Of a DNA stretch of 64,000 bases, positions 28,690 through 36,324 are shown in pieces; the stretch's first letter is position 1, and each line of letters begins with the position of its first letter. Source of the DNA: Alphaproteobacteria bacterium (GTDB lineage: Bacteria > Pseudomonadota > Alphaproteobacteria > JAPOUT01 > G958296285); the NCBI GenBank assembly GCA_965209065.1, contig OZ242373.1, forward strand, positions 320,567-384,566, given 5' to 3'. The notes below the pieces were generated by a model, which saw nothing but the letters and a program-made list of their open reading frames with translations, was not told where the DNA came from and did not search any database. The translations under genes and the position numbers were made by a program.

Positions 28690-29634
28690 TATGCGCCGAT
28701 TGCGCCGCCACTCATTGGGGTTGGTCGCGCTCTTTAATGGGTGATACTGCCCAAACCCCGCCGCCACCAGATTTTGCGGCGGAACGCCTTGCTCCACCAA
28801 AAATTCAACCACCGCCAACGACCGCGCCACCGATAAATGCCAGTTAGACGGAAATGCCTTCGTCTTGATAGGCTGAATATCGGTATGACCATCGACCCGC
28901 AAAACCCAAGAAACTTTAGGCGGAATAGAACGGCGCACATCATTGATAACGCGCGCAACCTTGCCTAGCTGCACCTTGCCTTGACGCGAAACCCGCGCCT
29001 CTCCCGACCGAAACAAAACCTCTGATTGTAAAATAAATCTATCATCAACAATCTCAAAATCTTTTCTGTCGCGTAAAATATCGCGCAGCGCCTCCATAAA
29101 GGCAGAGCGATAACGCGCTAACTCTTGAACCTTGCTCGCCAAAGCCGTGTTGAGCCGCTTGCCGAGCTCTTTTATTTGCGCTTGAGACTTTTTGTCCTTC
29201 GCCTCGCTTGCTTGGAGCGCGGCTTCTAATGCCGCAAGCTGCTTTCTTAACTGCGCGAGCTGCCGATTCAATAAAACCAACCGCGCGTTCGCTTTTTCTT
29301 TAGCCGCCTTCTCTCCCGTCAAAGCGGAGGCGAGTGCCTTGTTGTTTTTTTTCGTTTTTTCTAAAGAGGCAACGAGCTCCGCCAATTCGGTTTTATAGTT
29401 TTCGCTCGTCACCTTTTCTAATGCCAGCAGTTGCGCTAACTCGGCGATGCGCGTTTCTAATTGCGTTATCGTTTTATCCTTGCCCGAAAGCAAATTGCCC
29501 AAGGTAAATTGCCCGACAACAAACAGCGCAAGCAAAAAAGTAATGACAAGCAACAAGGTTGCCATCGCATCAACAAAACCGGGCCAGAAATCTAACGGCG
29601 CGCGCGCGCGCGAGCGTCTGGCGAGACGCGCCAT
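28666..29634 (-). CDS. MotB-like stator/anchor protein. It has an N-terminal TM plus plug, a roughly 170-aa predicted coiled-coil linker, and a C-terminal OmpA-type peptidoglycan-binding domain.
   Basis: DFWPGFVDAMATLLLVITFLL resembles the MotB N-terminus. The C-terminus (VDGHTDIQP...NWHLSVARSLAVVEFLVEQGV...NRRIEF) is OmpA_C-like. The middle is a heptad-rich Ala/Leu/Lys/Glu sequence. Confidence 0.7.
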   Translation of the reverse strand: MARLARRSRARAPLDFWPGFVDAMATLLLVITFLLALFVVGQFTLGNLLSGKDKTITQLETRIAELAQLLALEKVTSENYKTELAELVASLEKTKKNNKALASALTGEKAAKEKANARLVLLNRQLAQLRKQLAALEAALQASEAKDKKSQAQIKELGKRLNTALASKVQELARYRSAFMEALRDILRDRKDFEIVDDRFILQSEVLFRSGEARVSRQGKVQLGKVARVINDVRRSIPPKVSWVLRVDGHTDIQPIKTKAFPSNWHLSVARSLAVVEFLVEQGVPPQNLVAAGFGQYHPLKSATNPNEWRRNRRIEFKLTQR

Positions 29635-30458
29635 TATTGACCTCGCAATTTAGCCAAAAGTTGGTCAAGCGATTCAGCCACCTCGCTGATGGCAGCTTGC
29701 GATTGACCCGCCGAAATATCGGGCAGGGCGGCGCCATCAAGCGCGAAACGCGCCGAAGTTGAAAGCCAATCCTCCAACTCCATCACAAAGCGGTTTTGCG
29801 CCTGCCCTAGCTGTAAGTCTAAAAAACCCAAAAGCAGCGAGCCGGCTAAACCAAAAAGCGAAGAGGAAAAAGCCGTCCCCATTCCCGCCAGAGGCTTTTT
29901 CAACCCGGCGATAAGCTGTGAAAACAAAACCGCAGATTGCCCGCCTTGTTCGCTCAACGAGGCGATTAAATCACCCACCGAGCTAATCGTAATCAAAAGC
30001 CCCCAAAAAGTTCCAAGCAGCCCCAAAAAAACCAGCAAGCCAATCATATAACGCAAAATTTCTCGCGTTTCTTCCATTCGCGCCGAAACGGAATCCATAA
30101 TAGAGGCAAGGCTCGTTTGCGTTAAAACCAGCTTCCCACCTGAGCGCATCACCATCGCCGCAAGCGGCGCCAGCAACTTAGGCGAAGGCACAGCAGCACC
30201 CGTGCCAGAGCTTAAAACATTCACCCAGCGAATCTCAGGCAGCAAAATCAGCACATAGCGAAAGGCATAAATCGCGCCGAGCACAAACACAAGCACGATA
30301 AGCCCGTTCAGCAGAGGGTTCGCATTAAAAAAAACCGACAACCGATTGGCAGGCGCGCTCAACGCGGCAACCGCCGCGAGGCTTATAAATAAAAAAACCA
30401 CCATGCGCACAATATAAGTCGAGGGCGCCGATAGGGGGGTGGCACTAGGATTAAACAT
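29634..30458 (-). CDS. MotA/TolQ/ExbB-family proton-channel subunit
   Basis: 274 aa with 2+2 TM helices and an roughly 80-aa cytoplasmic loop. GLLGTFWGLLITI is the family signature. Its stop and the start of the MotB-like gene share nt 29634. Confidence 0.7.
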   Translation of the reverse strand: MFNPSATPLSAPSTYIVRMVVFLFISLAAVAALSAPANRLSVFFNANPLLNGLIVLVFVLGAIYAFRYVLILLPEIRWVNVLSSGTGAAVPSPKLLAPLAAMVMRSGGKLVLTQTSLASIMDSVSARMEETREILRYMIGLLVFLGLLGTFWGLLITISSVGDLIASLSEQGGQSAVLFSQLIAGLKKPLAGMGTAFSSSLFGLAGSLLLGFLDLQLGQAQNRFVMELEDWLSTSARFALDGAALPDISAGQSQAAISEVAESLDQLLAKLRGQ

Positions 30459-30528
30459 AAAGAATCATAACATATTCACGGGACATATATTAGATTAACC
30501 AAAAGAATAAAATTGCTATACTAAAAGA

Positions 30529-31743
30529 ATGATTAAGAATCGCACGCTATTTACAGGCGATAATTTACCAATTATGCGCGGTATGGAAAATGAAAGCGTG
30601 GATTTGATTTACCTTGACCCGCCTTTCAATTCTAACCGCACCTATTCAGCACCAATTGGGAGTAAGGCAGCAGGCGCTGCTTTTAGGGATGTTTGGACAC
30701 TTGATGATACCGATAACGCTTGGTGGGGCGAAATAGCAGACGAATACCCCTCACTTTATAAAGTGATAGACGCAACCGGTGAAGTAGGAGGCAAAGGTGA
30801 TAAAGCCTATCTGATTTATATGGCAATGCGCTTGCTTGAAATAAGACGGATATTAAAACCAACGGGCTCTATCTATTTACACTGCGACCAAACAATGAGC
30901 CACGCCCTCAAAATGACAATGGATGCCATATTCTGTAGTGGCAAGGGCAGATTCTTAAATGAAATTGTATGGTGTTATACAGGACCAAGCAATACAAAAC
31001 AATACTATCCTAAAAAACATGATGTTTTATTGTTTTATGTGATGAGCTATGGCAGTCATGTTTTTAATGGCGATGCGATAAGAACATCTTATACTAAGCT
31101 AGAAACAGGTAAGACAGGCGGTATATTCAAATCTTCTGCGACTTTAAGGGAAGATGGCAAAATACCCGAAGACTGGTGGGAAGAAAAACGAGACGGAATG
31201 ACGCCAGTAGGAAGGCTAATCAAGGAACGCACGGGTTATCCAACACAAAAGCCACTCGCCTTACTAGAGCGCATTATCAAAGCTTCCAGTAATAAAAGTG
31301 ATATAGTCTTTGATCCTTTTTGTGGTTGTGCGACTACCCTCATCGCTGCTGAAAAGCTCCAACGCCAATGGATAGGGATTGATATATCACGGAAAGCAGT
31401 TGATTTAGTTAAAGAGAGGTCAAGAAATGAACTTGGTCTTGTCGGTGGTTTTGGTAAGCTAGGCATTACGATTAGAACTGACATACCCAAACGCAAAAAA
31501 GATATTAAGCGTTCGAAAAACATCAAGCACACTCTTTATGGAGAGCAAGAGGGCAAGTGCCGCGGCTGCAAGCTATGGTTTCCCTTTAGAAACCTAACGG
31601 AAGATCACATTATTCCTCAAAATAAGGGAGGAGCAGATGACGATTCTAACCTCCAGCTTTTATGTGGCTCGTGTAATAGCACTAAGGGCGACCGAGAGCA
31701 GAGCTATCTTGACGCTAGGCTAAAGGAGCTAGGTATCCTATAA
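30529..31743 (+). CDS. beta-class DNA amino-methyltransferase (probably N6-adenine, Type III Mod-like core) fused to a C-terminal HNH endonuclease domain
   Basis: Motif IV DLIYLDPPFNS; GSIYLHCD...FLNEIVWCY; YPTQKP; motif I DPFCGCATT. Then CRGCKLW...EDHIIPQNKGG...NLQLLCGSCNSTKG is a textbook HNH. Confidence 0.8.
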   Translation: MIKNRTLFTGDNLPIMRGMENESVDLIYLDPPFNSNRTYSAPIGSKAAGAAFRDVWTLDDTDNAWWGEIADEYPSLYKVIDATGEVGGKGDKAYLIYMAMRLLEIRRILKPTGSIYLHCDQTMSHALKMTMDAIFCSGKGRFLNEIVWCYTGPSNTKQYYPKKHDVLLFYVMSYGSHVFNGDAIRTSYTKLETGKTGGIFKSSATLREDGKIPEDWWEEKRDGMTPVGRLIKERTGYPTQKPLALLERIIKASSNKSDIVFDPFCGCATTLIAAEKLQRQWIGIDISRKAVDLVKERSRNELGLVGGFGKLGITIRTDIPKRKKDIKRSKNIKHTLYGEQEGKCRGCKLWFPFRNLTEDHIIPQNKGGADDDSNLQLLCGSCNSTKGDREQSYLDARLKELGIL

Positions 31744-31756
31744 GCCCGCATATTTA

Positions 31757-32143
31757 TTATTGCCTCAAAGATATATCTACCCGCTGGCAAGGCGATTCGC
31801 AAATATTGCCTTGAGGCATAAGAATAATGTCTTTTACGCGAACCTTGTGCTGTAGCAGATAATCGCGCACGGCTAAGGCGCGCTTCAAAGAGAGGCGAAA
31901 GGCGCTCCAGCTCGGCTTGTTCGACAAAACCGCGTAGGCTTTTATCTCAAGACGCGTCCTGTTTTTTTTCTGGTCTTTCTGGTCTTTCTGATATTTTTTT
32001 ATCACCCCGTCTAGTTTTGCCGCCGCGCCTATCGGCAGGGTTGCGCTGTCTTCAAAAAATATAATGCGAACTTTATTCTCCGCTAACGCATCTGATAAGG
32101 TAAAAAATAAAAAACAAAAAGCAAATGCACGTAGCATGTTCAA
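31757..32143 (-). CDS. small secreted protein with a degenerate OmpA_C-like domain
   Basis: Signal peptide FCFLFFTLSDALA. IFFEDSATLP...AKLDGVIKKY...SAFRLSLKRALAVRDYLLQHKV follows the OmpA_C pattern but lacks the G-H-T-D turn. It is the last gene of the efp-suhB operon. Confidence 0.45.
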   Translation of the reverse strand: MNMLRAFAFCFLFFTLSDALAENKVRIIFFEDSATLPIGAAAKLDGVIKKYQKDQKDQKKNRTRLEIKAYAVLSNKPSWSAFRLSLKRALAVRDYLLQHKVRVKDIILMPQGNICESPCQRVDISLRQ

Positions 32144-32907
32144 GAAATAAGCTGCTTATGCAAAGCGGGATTGGCGGCAGTCAAAGCCGAATGGCTTGCG
32201 CTGAAGTCAATGGGTTTGCCGTCTGGCGTTGTTATCATAGCACCCGCCTCGCGCGCGATGATGGCACCTGCCGCAATATCCCACAGGGCTGCCTCGCCGG
32301 TGATGAAGCCATCGAGCCGCGCGGCTGCCGTCCATGCGAGTGCTAAAGATATCGCGCCTAATTGACGCGTGTGCGCACCTTGTCGCATCATCGATAAAAG
32401 CCTCTCGCGAAAAGCGCCCAACCTGCCGTAAGACAAAAGGCTACGCGACAAATGCGTGGTGGTTGATACGCGAATGCGCTTGTCGTTTAGATAAGCCCCT
32501 TGTCCTTTCTCCGCGACAAACATCTCGTTGTAAAAAGGAGCGTAAATCACGCCAGCGATAATTTCATCTTTCTCCGCCGCCGCGATGGATATAGCAAAAA
32601 AAGGAAAGCCGTGAATAAAATTCCGTGTGCCGTCAAGAGGGTCAATAATCCAGCGGCGCGAACGTTCATCAAGCCACGCACCTTTTTGTTCGCCGCGCTC
32701 TTCGGCTAGAATCGCAAACTGCGGACGCGCCTCGCTCAATTTGCGGCAGATGATTTCCTCCGCCTTCAAGTCGGACTGCGATACATAATCTTGATTGCCT
32801 TTTACAGAATAGCGCAACGCCTCGCTTTCGCCGAAGTCGCGTATCATAGAGCGCGACGCTTGCCGCGCGGCGTCAATCATCACGAGTAAAAGAGGACTAT
32901 GACGCAC
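32140..32907 (-). CDS. suhB: inositol monophosphatase family protein (SuhB)
   Basis: IDPLDGTRNFIHGFPFFAISIA and the WDIAAG motifs. Confidence 0.85.
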   Translation of the reverse strand: MRHSPLLLVMIDAARQASRSMIRDFGESEALRYSVKGNQDYVSQSDLKAEEIICRKLSEARPQFAILAEERGEQKGAWLDERSRRWIIDPLDGTRNFIHGFPFFAISIAAAEKDEIIAGVIYAPFYNEMFVAEKGQGAYLNDKRIRVSTTTHLSRSLLSYGRLGAFRERLLSMMRQGAHTRQLGAISLALAWTAAARLDGFITGEAALWDIAAGAIIAREAGAMITTPDGKPIDFSASHSALTAANPALHKQLIS

Positions 32908-33479
32908 TACCCTTCACTTGCGCGCTTAACATATTCCGCTGTCTCGCTATCAATAACAATTTTTTCGCCAACAGAAATAAAAGGCGGCACCATAATTTTC
33001 ATCTTGTTGTCCATAATCGCTGGCTTATAACTCGCCGCCGCCGTTTGCCCTTTGACAACCGGCTCCGCTTCCATCACCTCTAACGTAACGTGCTCAGGCA
33101 GCTTTATCGCCAGCGAGGTGCCTTCAAAGCTCTCAATTTCAACGTTCATTCCGTCTTGTAGAAACTGCGCGCGCTCGCCAAGCAAAGTGCTCGGCAGGGA
33201 AATCTGCTCGTAATCATCGGTGCTCATAAAACATAAGGCATCGCCATCGGCATAGAGGAACTGGTGCGTCTTTTGCTCTAAGCGCACGCGCTCCACGCTT
33301 TCCGACGAGCGAAACCGCTCGTTGAGCTTAGAGCCGTCCTTCAGATTCCGCAGCTCCACCTGCGCGAAGGCACCGCCCTTGCCGGGCTTCACGTGGTTTA
33401 TCTTCACCGCCTGCCAAAGCCCGTTCTTATGGCTGATAATGTTGCCGGGGCGAATTTCGTTTCCATTTATTTTAGGCAT
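32907..33479 (-). CDS. efp: elongation factor P
   Basis: [15 protein letters not shown]...[16 protein letters not shown]. Start taken at MPK rather than the 20-codon upstream extension. Confidence 0.9.
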   Translation of the reverse strand: MPKINGNEIRPGNIISHKNGLWQAVKINHVKPGKGGAFAQVELRNLKDGSKLNERFRSSESVERVRLEQKTHQFLYADGDALCFMSTDDYEQISLPSTLLGERAQFLQDGMNVEIESFEGTSLAIKLPEHVTLEVMEAEPVVKGQTAAASYKPAIMDNKMKIMVPPFISVGEKIVIDSETAEYVKRASEG

Positions 33480-33581
33480 AGCCCCCATAGTAAGCCCGCG
33501 TCCCAAAAGAAGCAACCCCGCTTTTTTGGCGCAAGTCAAAAATTGCTTGAAAAAAATGGAGAGAATGTGCTAAAAGAATCT

Positions 33582-34019
33582 ATGGATTTCTTTAAGCAAT
33601 TATTCGTTTGGTGGCGCGGGCAGACGCTCGGCACAAGGATTTGGACGATGCTGTTTGGCAAAAGAGTTGGCATCGATGAGGTCGGCAACATCTACTATCG
33701 CCACCGACAAAGAGAAACACGCCGTTGGGTCATTTATAAAGGCATCATTGACGCGAGTAAAATTCCGGCTGAGTGGCACGCCTGGCTTCATAATATGGTG
33801 CGCATGCCTCCTATTAGCGCGCAGAAAAATGGCGCGCAAGAAAAGAGCGGGCAAGAAAAAACAGAGCGCGCTTGGTTTAAGCCTCACCTGCCAAACTTTA
33901 CCGGCACGCAAAAAGCCTATCGGCGCAAACCGCCCGCGCGGGTTGATGAAAATTTGGGCATTATGGAATATGAGGCATGGCAACCCAATACAATAAAGGA
34001 GCAAACTCATGAAGGGTAA
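33582..34019 (+). CDS. NDUFA12 (B17.2)-like NADH:ubiquinone oxidoreductase-associated protein
   Basis: FVWWRGQTLGTRIWT...GNIYYRH...RRWVIY...IPAEWHAWLH is the NDUFA12 signature. Start at the internal ATG at 33582. Confidence 0.75.
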   Translation: MDFFKQLFVWWRGQTLGTRIWTMLFGKRVGIDEVGNIYYRHRQRETRRWVIYKGIIDASKIPAEWHAWLHNMVRMPPISAQKNGAQEKSGQEKTERAWFKPHLPNFTGTQKAYRRKPPARVDENLGIMEYEAWQPNTIKEQTHEG

Positions 34020-34485
34020 TATCATAGAAACTATTATTGGCGCTTTCGTGCTGATTGTGGCACTGAGTTTTGTCGTCTATGCTTATGGCATTGCCGGCAC
34101 CAGCCCGCAGTCGGGTTATGAAGTGAAAGCAGATTTCAACAAGGTTGATGGCTTATCGACCGGGGCTGATGTGCGTTTGTCGGGCATTAAAATTGGAACC
34201 ATCACCGCGATGACGTTAGACCCTGAAAGCTACCGAGCTAAAATCATTATGACGATAAACGCTGATGTTAAATTGTATGAAGGCACGACAGCGAAAATAA
34301 CCAGCGCAGGGTTTTTGGGGAATTCTTATATTTCCCTTGACCCCGGCGGCGGTTTTGATGCGATTACTGATGGCGGAGAAATTGTCCATACGATGGGTTC
34401 GGTTGATTTGATAGAACTGATTAGTAAATTCATCTTTAGCGGCGGCGGTGGTGGCCAAGACGATGATAATGGTAAGAAAAAATAA
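34009..34485 (+). CDS. mlaD: MlaD (Mce-domain) protein
   Basis: N-terminal TM anchor followed by a single MCE domain (ADFNKVDGLSTGADVRLSGIKIG), with a Gly/Asp-rich tail. Confidence 0.8.
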   Translation: MKGNIIETIIGAFVLIVALSFVVYAYGIAGTSPQSGYEVKADFNKVDGLSTGADVRLSGIKIGTITAMTLDPESYRAKIIMTINADVKLYEGTTAKITSAGFLGNSYISLDPGGGFDAITDGGEIVHTMGSVDLIELISKFIFSGGGGGQDDDNGKKK

Positions 34486-34954
34486 AAAGATAGTTTCTTT
34501 TTTAGCACCTCTGTTGATAATAGGTTGGTCTAGCTTTGCCCCAGAAGAGTCATTGGGGGAGGAGTCGTCGAATTTGGGTGTTGAGCTGCCTCCTGCCAAT
34601 CCTTTTTCTCCCGACGGACGCCTAATTGAAACCGAACCTAGAACCGCTGAATTTCTCGTGCTAGACAAAATTACCGCGCGTAAAAAGAAAATAAAAATTA
34701 ATAATGGCGAGGTCGCTTTTTTTGGCACACTTTATGTGCGCTTGCGTCATTGCGAGGCTTCGCCGCCCGAAGCCCCGATGCCCGAAGCCAAAGCCCTCAT
34801 AGAAGTTTATGAAAAACCCCCAGGCGGAGGCGGCACGCTAAAGCAGATATTTAATGGTTGGCTCTTTGCGTCTAGCCCCGCCATCAATGGGTTAGAGCAC
34901 CCGGTTTATGATATTTGGCCTATCTCTTGTAGCGCGCGCACGCCTGATAAATGA
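34448..34954 (+). CDS. DUF2155-like secreted protein, the conserved alphaproteobacterial neighbour of mlaD
   Basis: Signal peptide and position. Family assignment is from memory of the synteny. Confidence 0.55.
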   Translation: MVAKTMIMVRKNKKIVSFLAPLLIIGWSSFAPEESLGEESSNLGVELPPANPFSPDGRLIETEPRTAEFLVLDKITARKKKIKINNGEVAFFGTLYVRLRHCEASPPEAPMPEAKALIEVYEKPPGGGGTLKQIFNGWLFASSPAINGLEHPVYDIWPISCSARTPDK

Positions 34955-35565
34955 GACGGCAAAGCAAAAAAATCAGCGGAAACATTTTTCGCGAGGGTTA
35001 GCCTTTCTTTGAACTGAGCGTCAAAAACTTCAACCGCGCCAAACTGCCTCAAGTGAGAGGTCATAAATTGCGTGTCAAGCAATCTGAAATTACCGGCGCG
35101 CAGCCTCGCAACAAGATGAACGAGCGCGACTTTGCTCGCATCGCGCATTTGGGAGAACATACTCTCTCCAAAAAACGCTCCGCCGAGAGCCACGCCGTAA
35201 AGCCCGCCAACCAAGTGGTTGTTGCTCCACACCTCAACGCTATGGGCATAGCCAAGTCGGTGGAGTCCGTTGTAGCCATCAATAATTTGCTGGTTAATCC
35301 ACGTAGTCGAGCGCGCCGCACAACGCTTGATGACCTCATCAAAATTATAATTGATACGAACCTCAAAGTTATCGGGTTCGCCGGTGCGCGCCACCTTGCG
35401 CGCCAACCTACGCGGGCAGTGGAAGTCGTAAAGAGGTAAGATGGTTCTCGTTTTCGGCGTTATAATATGAAGCTCATTGACAAACCGCCCCTCCGCCATA
35501 GGAAAAGAACCAGAAGCAAGAATCTCTAGAATTTGCTGTGCTTGAACTTTGGCAAGATATTCCAC
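34906..35565 (-). CDS. aat: leucyl/phenylalanyl-tRNA--protein transferase
   Basis: ILEILASGSFPMAEGRFVNELHIITPKTRTILPLYDFHCPRRLARKV...GNFRLLDTQF is typical of L/F-transferase. Confidence 0.85.
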   Translation of the reverse strand: MEYLAKVQAQQILEILASGSFPMAEGRFVNELHIITPKTRTILPLYDFHCPRRLARKVARTGEPDNFEVRINYNFDEVIKRCAARSTTWINQQIIDGYNGLHRLGYAHSVEVWSNNHLVGGLYGVALGGAFFGESMFSQMRDASKVALVHLVARLRAGNFRLLDTQFMTSHLRQFGAVEVFDAQFKERLTLAKNVSADFFALPSHLSGVRALQEIGQIS

Positions 35566-35577
35566 CGCGCTATCTTG

Positions 35578-36324
35578 TTAGTTTGCCGCGCGAAAACTGC
35601 TAAAAAGAGCCGTAAGCTCGCGCTCACTCTGTATGCCTGAAATAGAGACAATTTTCTTATCGTTAAACAGAATAAAAGTCGGTGTGCCACTAATACCGAG
35701 CTTGCGCGCAAGGTCAAAATTGCGGGTGAGCGCTTCTTCAATTTTCTTACTCTGCATGTCTTTCTTCAATCTCTTAACATCTAAACCGATAGACTTGGCG
35801 ATGCTCCACACTTTATCTTTAGTCAATCTGCCGGGGGTTGTCATCAAGGCAGTATGGAATTTTTTATATTTGCGTTGCTTCCTTGCGGCAACCGCTGCGC
35901 GCGCCGCAAGGGTAGAGGGTTTGCCTAAAATAGGAAATTCTTTATAAATAAAGCGAATGTTTTTATCTTTTTTGAGCGCGGCGCTCACTTGCGGGAATGC
36001 TTTTTTACAAAACCCGCATTGATAATCAAAAAATTCTACTAGCGTAAGGTCGCCCTGACCCTGCGCGATGGTCGCTAAGTTAAGCCGAGCTAGTTCGGGT
36101 CTAGCTTTCTTTAGAGTGTCTTGTTTTTGTGCTTCTTTTTTAGCGCGGTCGTGTTGCACCGCATTTTCTATTACTTCCATCACAACTTCGGGATTTTTCA
36201 TTAAATAATCGCGAATGGTCTTGTCCATTTTTTTGTCAGCAAAAGCGCTACCAACAAAAACACTGGCAACAAAAATACCGCTCGTGAGCGCGAAAACAAT
36301 AAAAAGTGAAATAAAGCGTATCAT
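35578..36324 (-). CDS. DsbA-family thiol:disulfide oxidoreductase
   Basis: Signal anchor, thioredoxin fold and a CGFC active site. Confidence 0.75.
   Translation of the reverse strand: MIRFISLFIVFALTSGIFVASVFVGSAFADKKMDKTIRDYLMKNPEVVMEVIENAVQHDRAKKEAQKQDTLKKARPELARLNLATIAQGQGDLTLVEFFDYQCGFCKKAFPQVSAALKKDKNIRFIYKEFPILGKPSTLAARAAVAARKQRKYKKFHTALMTTPGRLTKDKVWSIAKSIGLDVKRLKKDMQSKKIEEALTRNFDLARKLGISGTPTFILFNDKKIVSISGIQSERELTALFSSFRAAN

Noticed and set aside
28666-30458. I considered whether the MotA/MotB-like pair is a classical type I-III Zorya ZorAB.
   Set aside because: ZorA proteins carry a long C-terminal cytoplasmic tail and are much longer than this 274-aa MotA-like protein. No ZorC, ZorD, ZorE, ZorF or ZorG-like separate genes are present. 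The locus is therefore reported only as Zorya-like or novel, not as Zorya.
30529-31743. I considered whether the MTase-HNH is the alphaproteobacterial cell-cycle methyltransferase CcrM.
   Set aside because: It shares only generic beta-class motifs (DPPF, PTQKP). The core resembles Mod/phage-type enzymes (GSIYLHCD...EIVWCY). CcrM has a distinct C-terminal DNA-binding domain, not HNH.
33393-33581. A 5' extension of the NDUFA12-like ORF (208 aa) overlaps the efp start on the opposite strand.
   Set aside because: Homology starts at MDFFKQLFVWWRG (ATG 33582). The family is about 130-150 aa.
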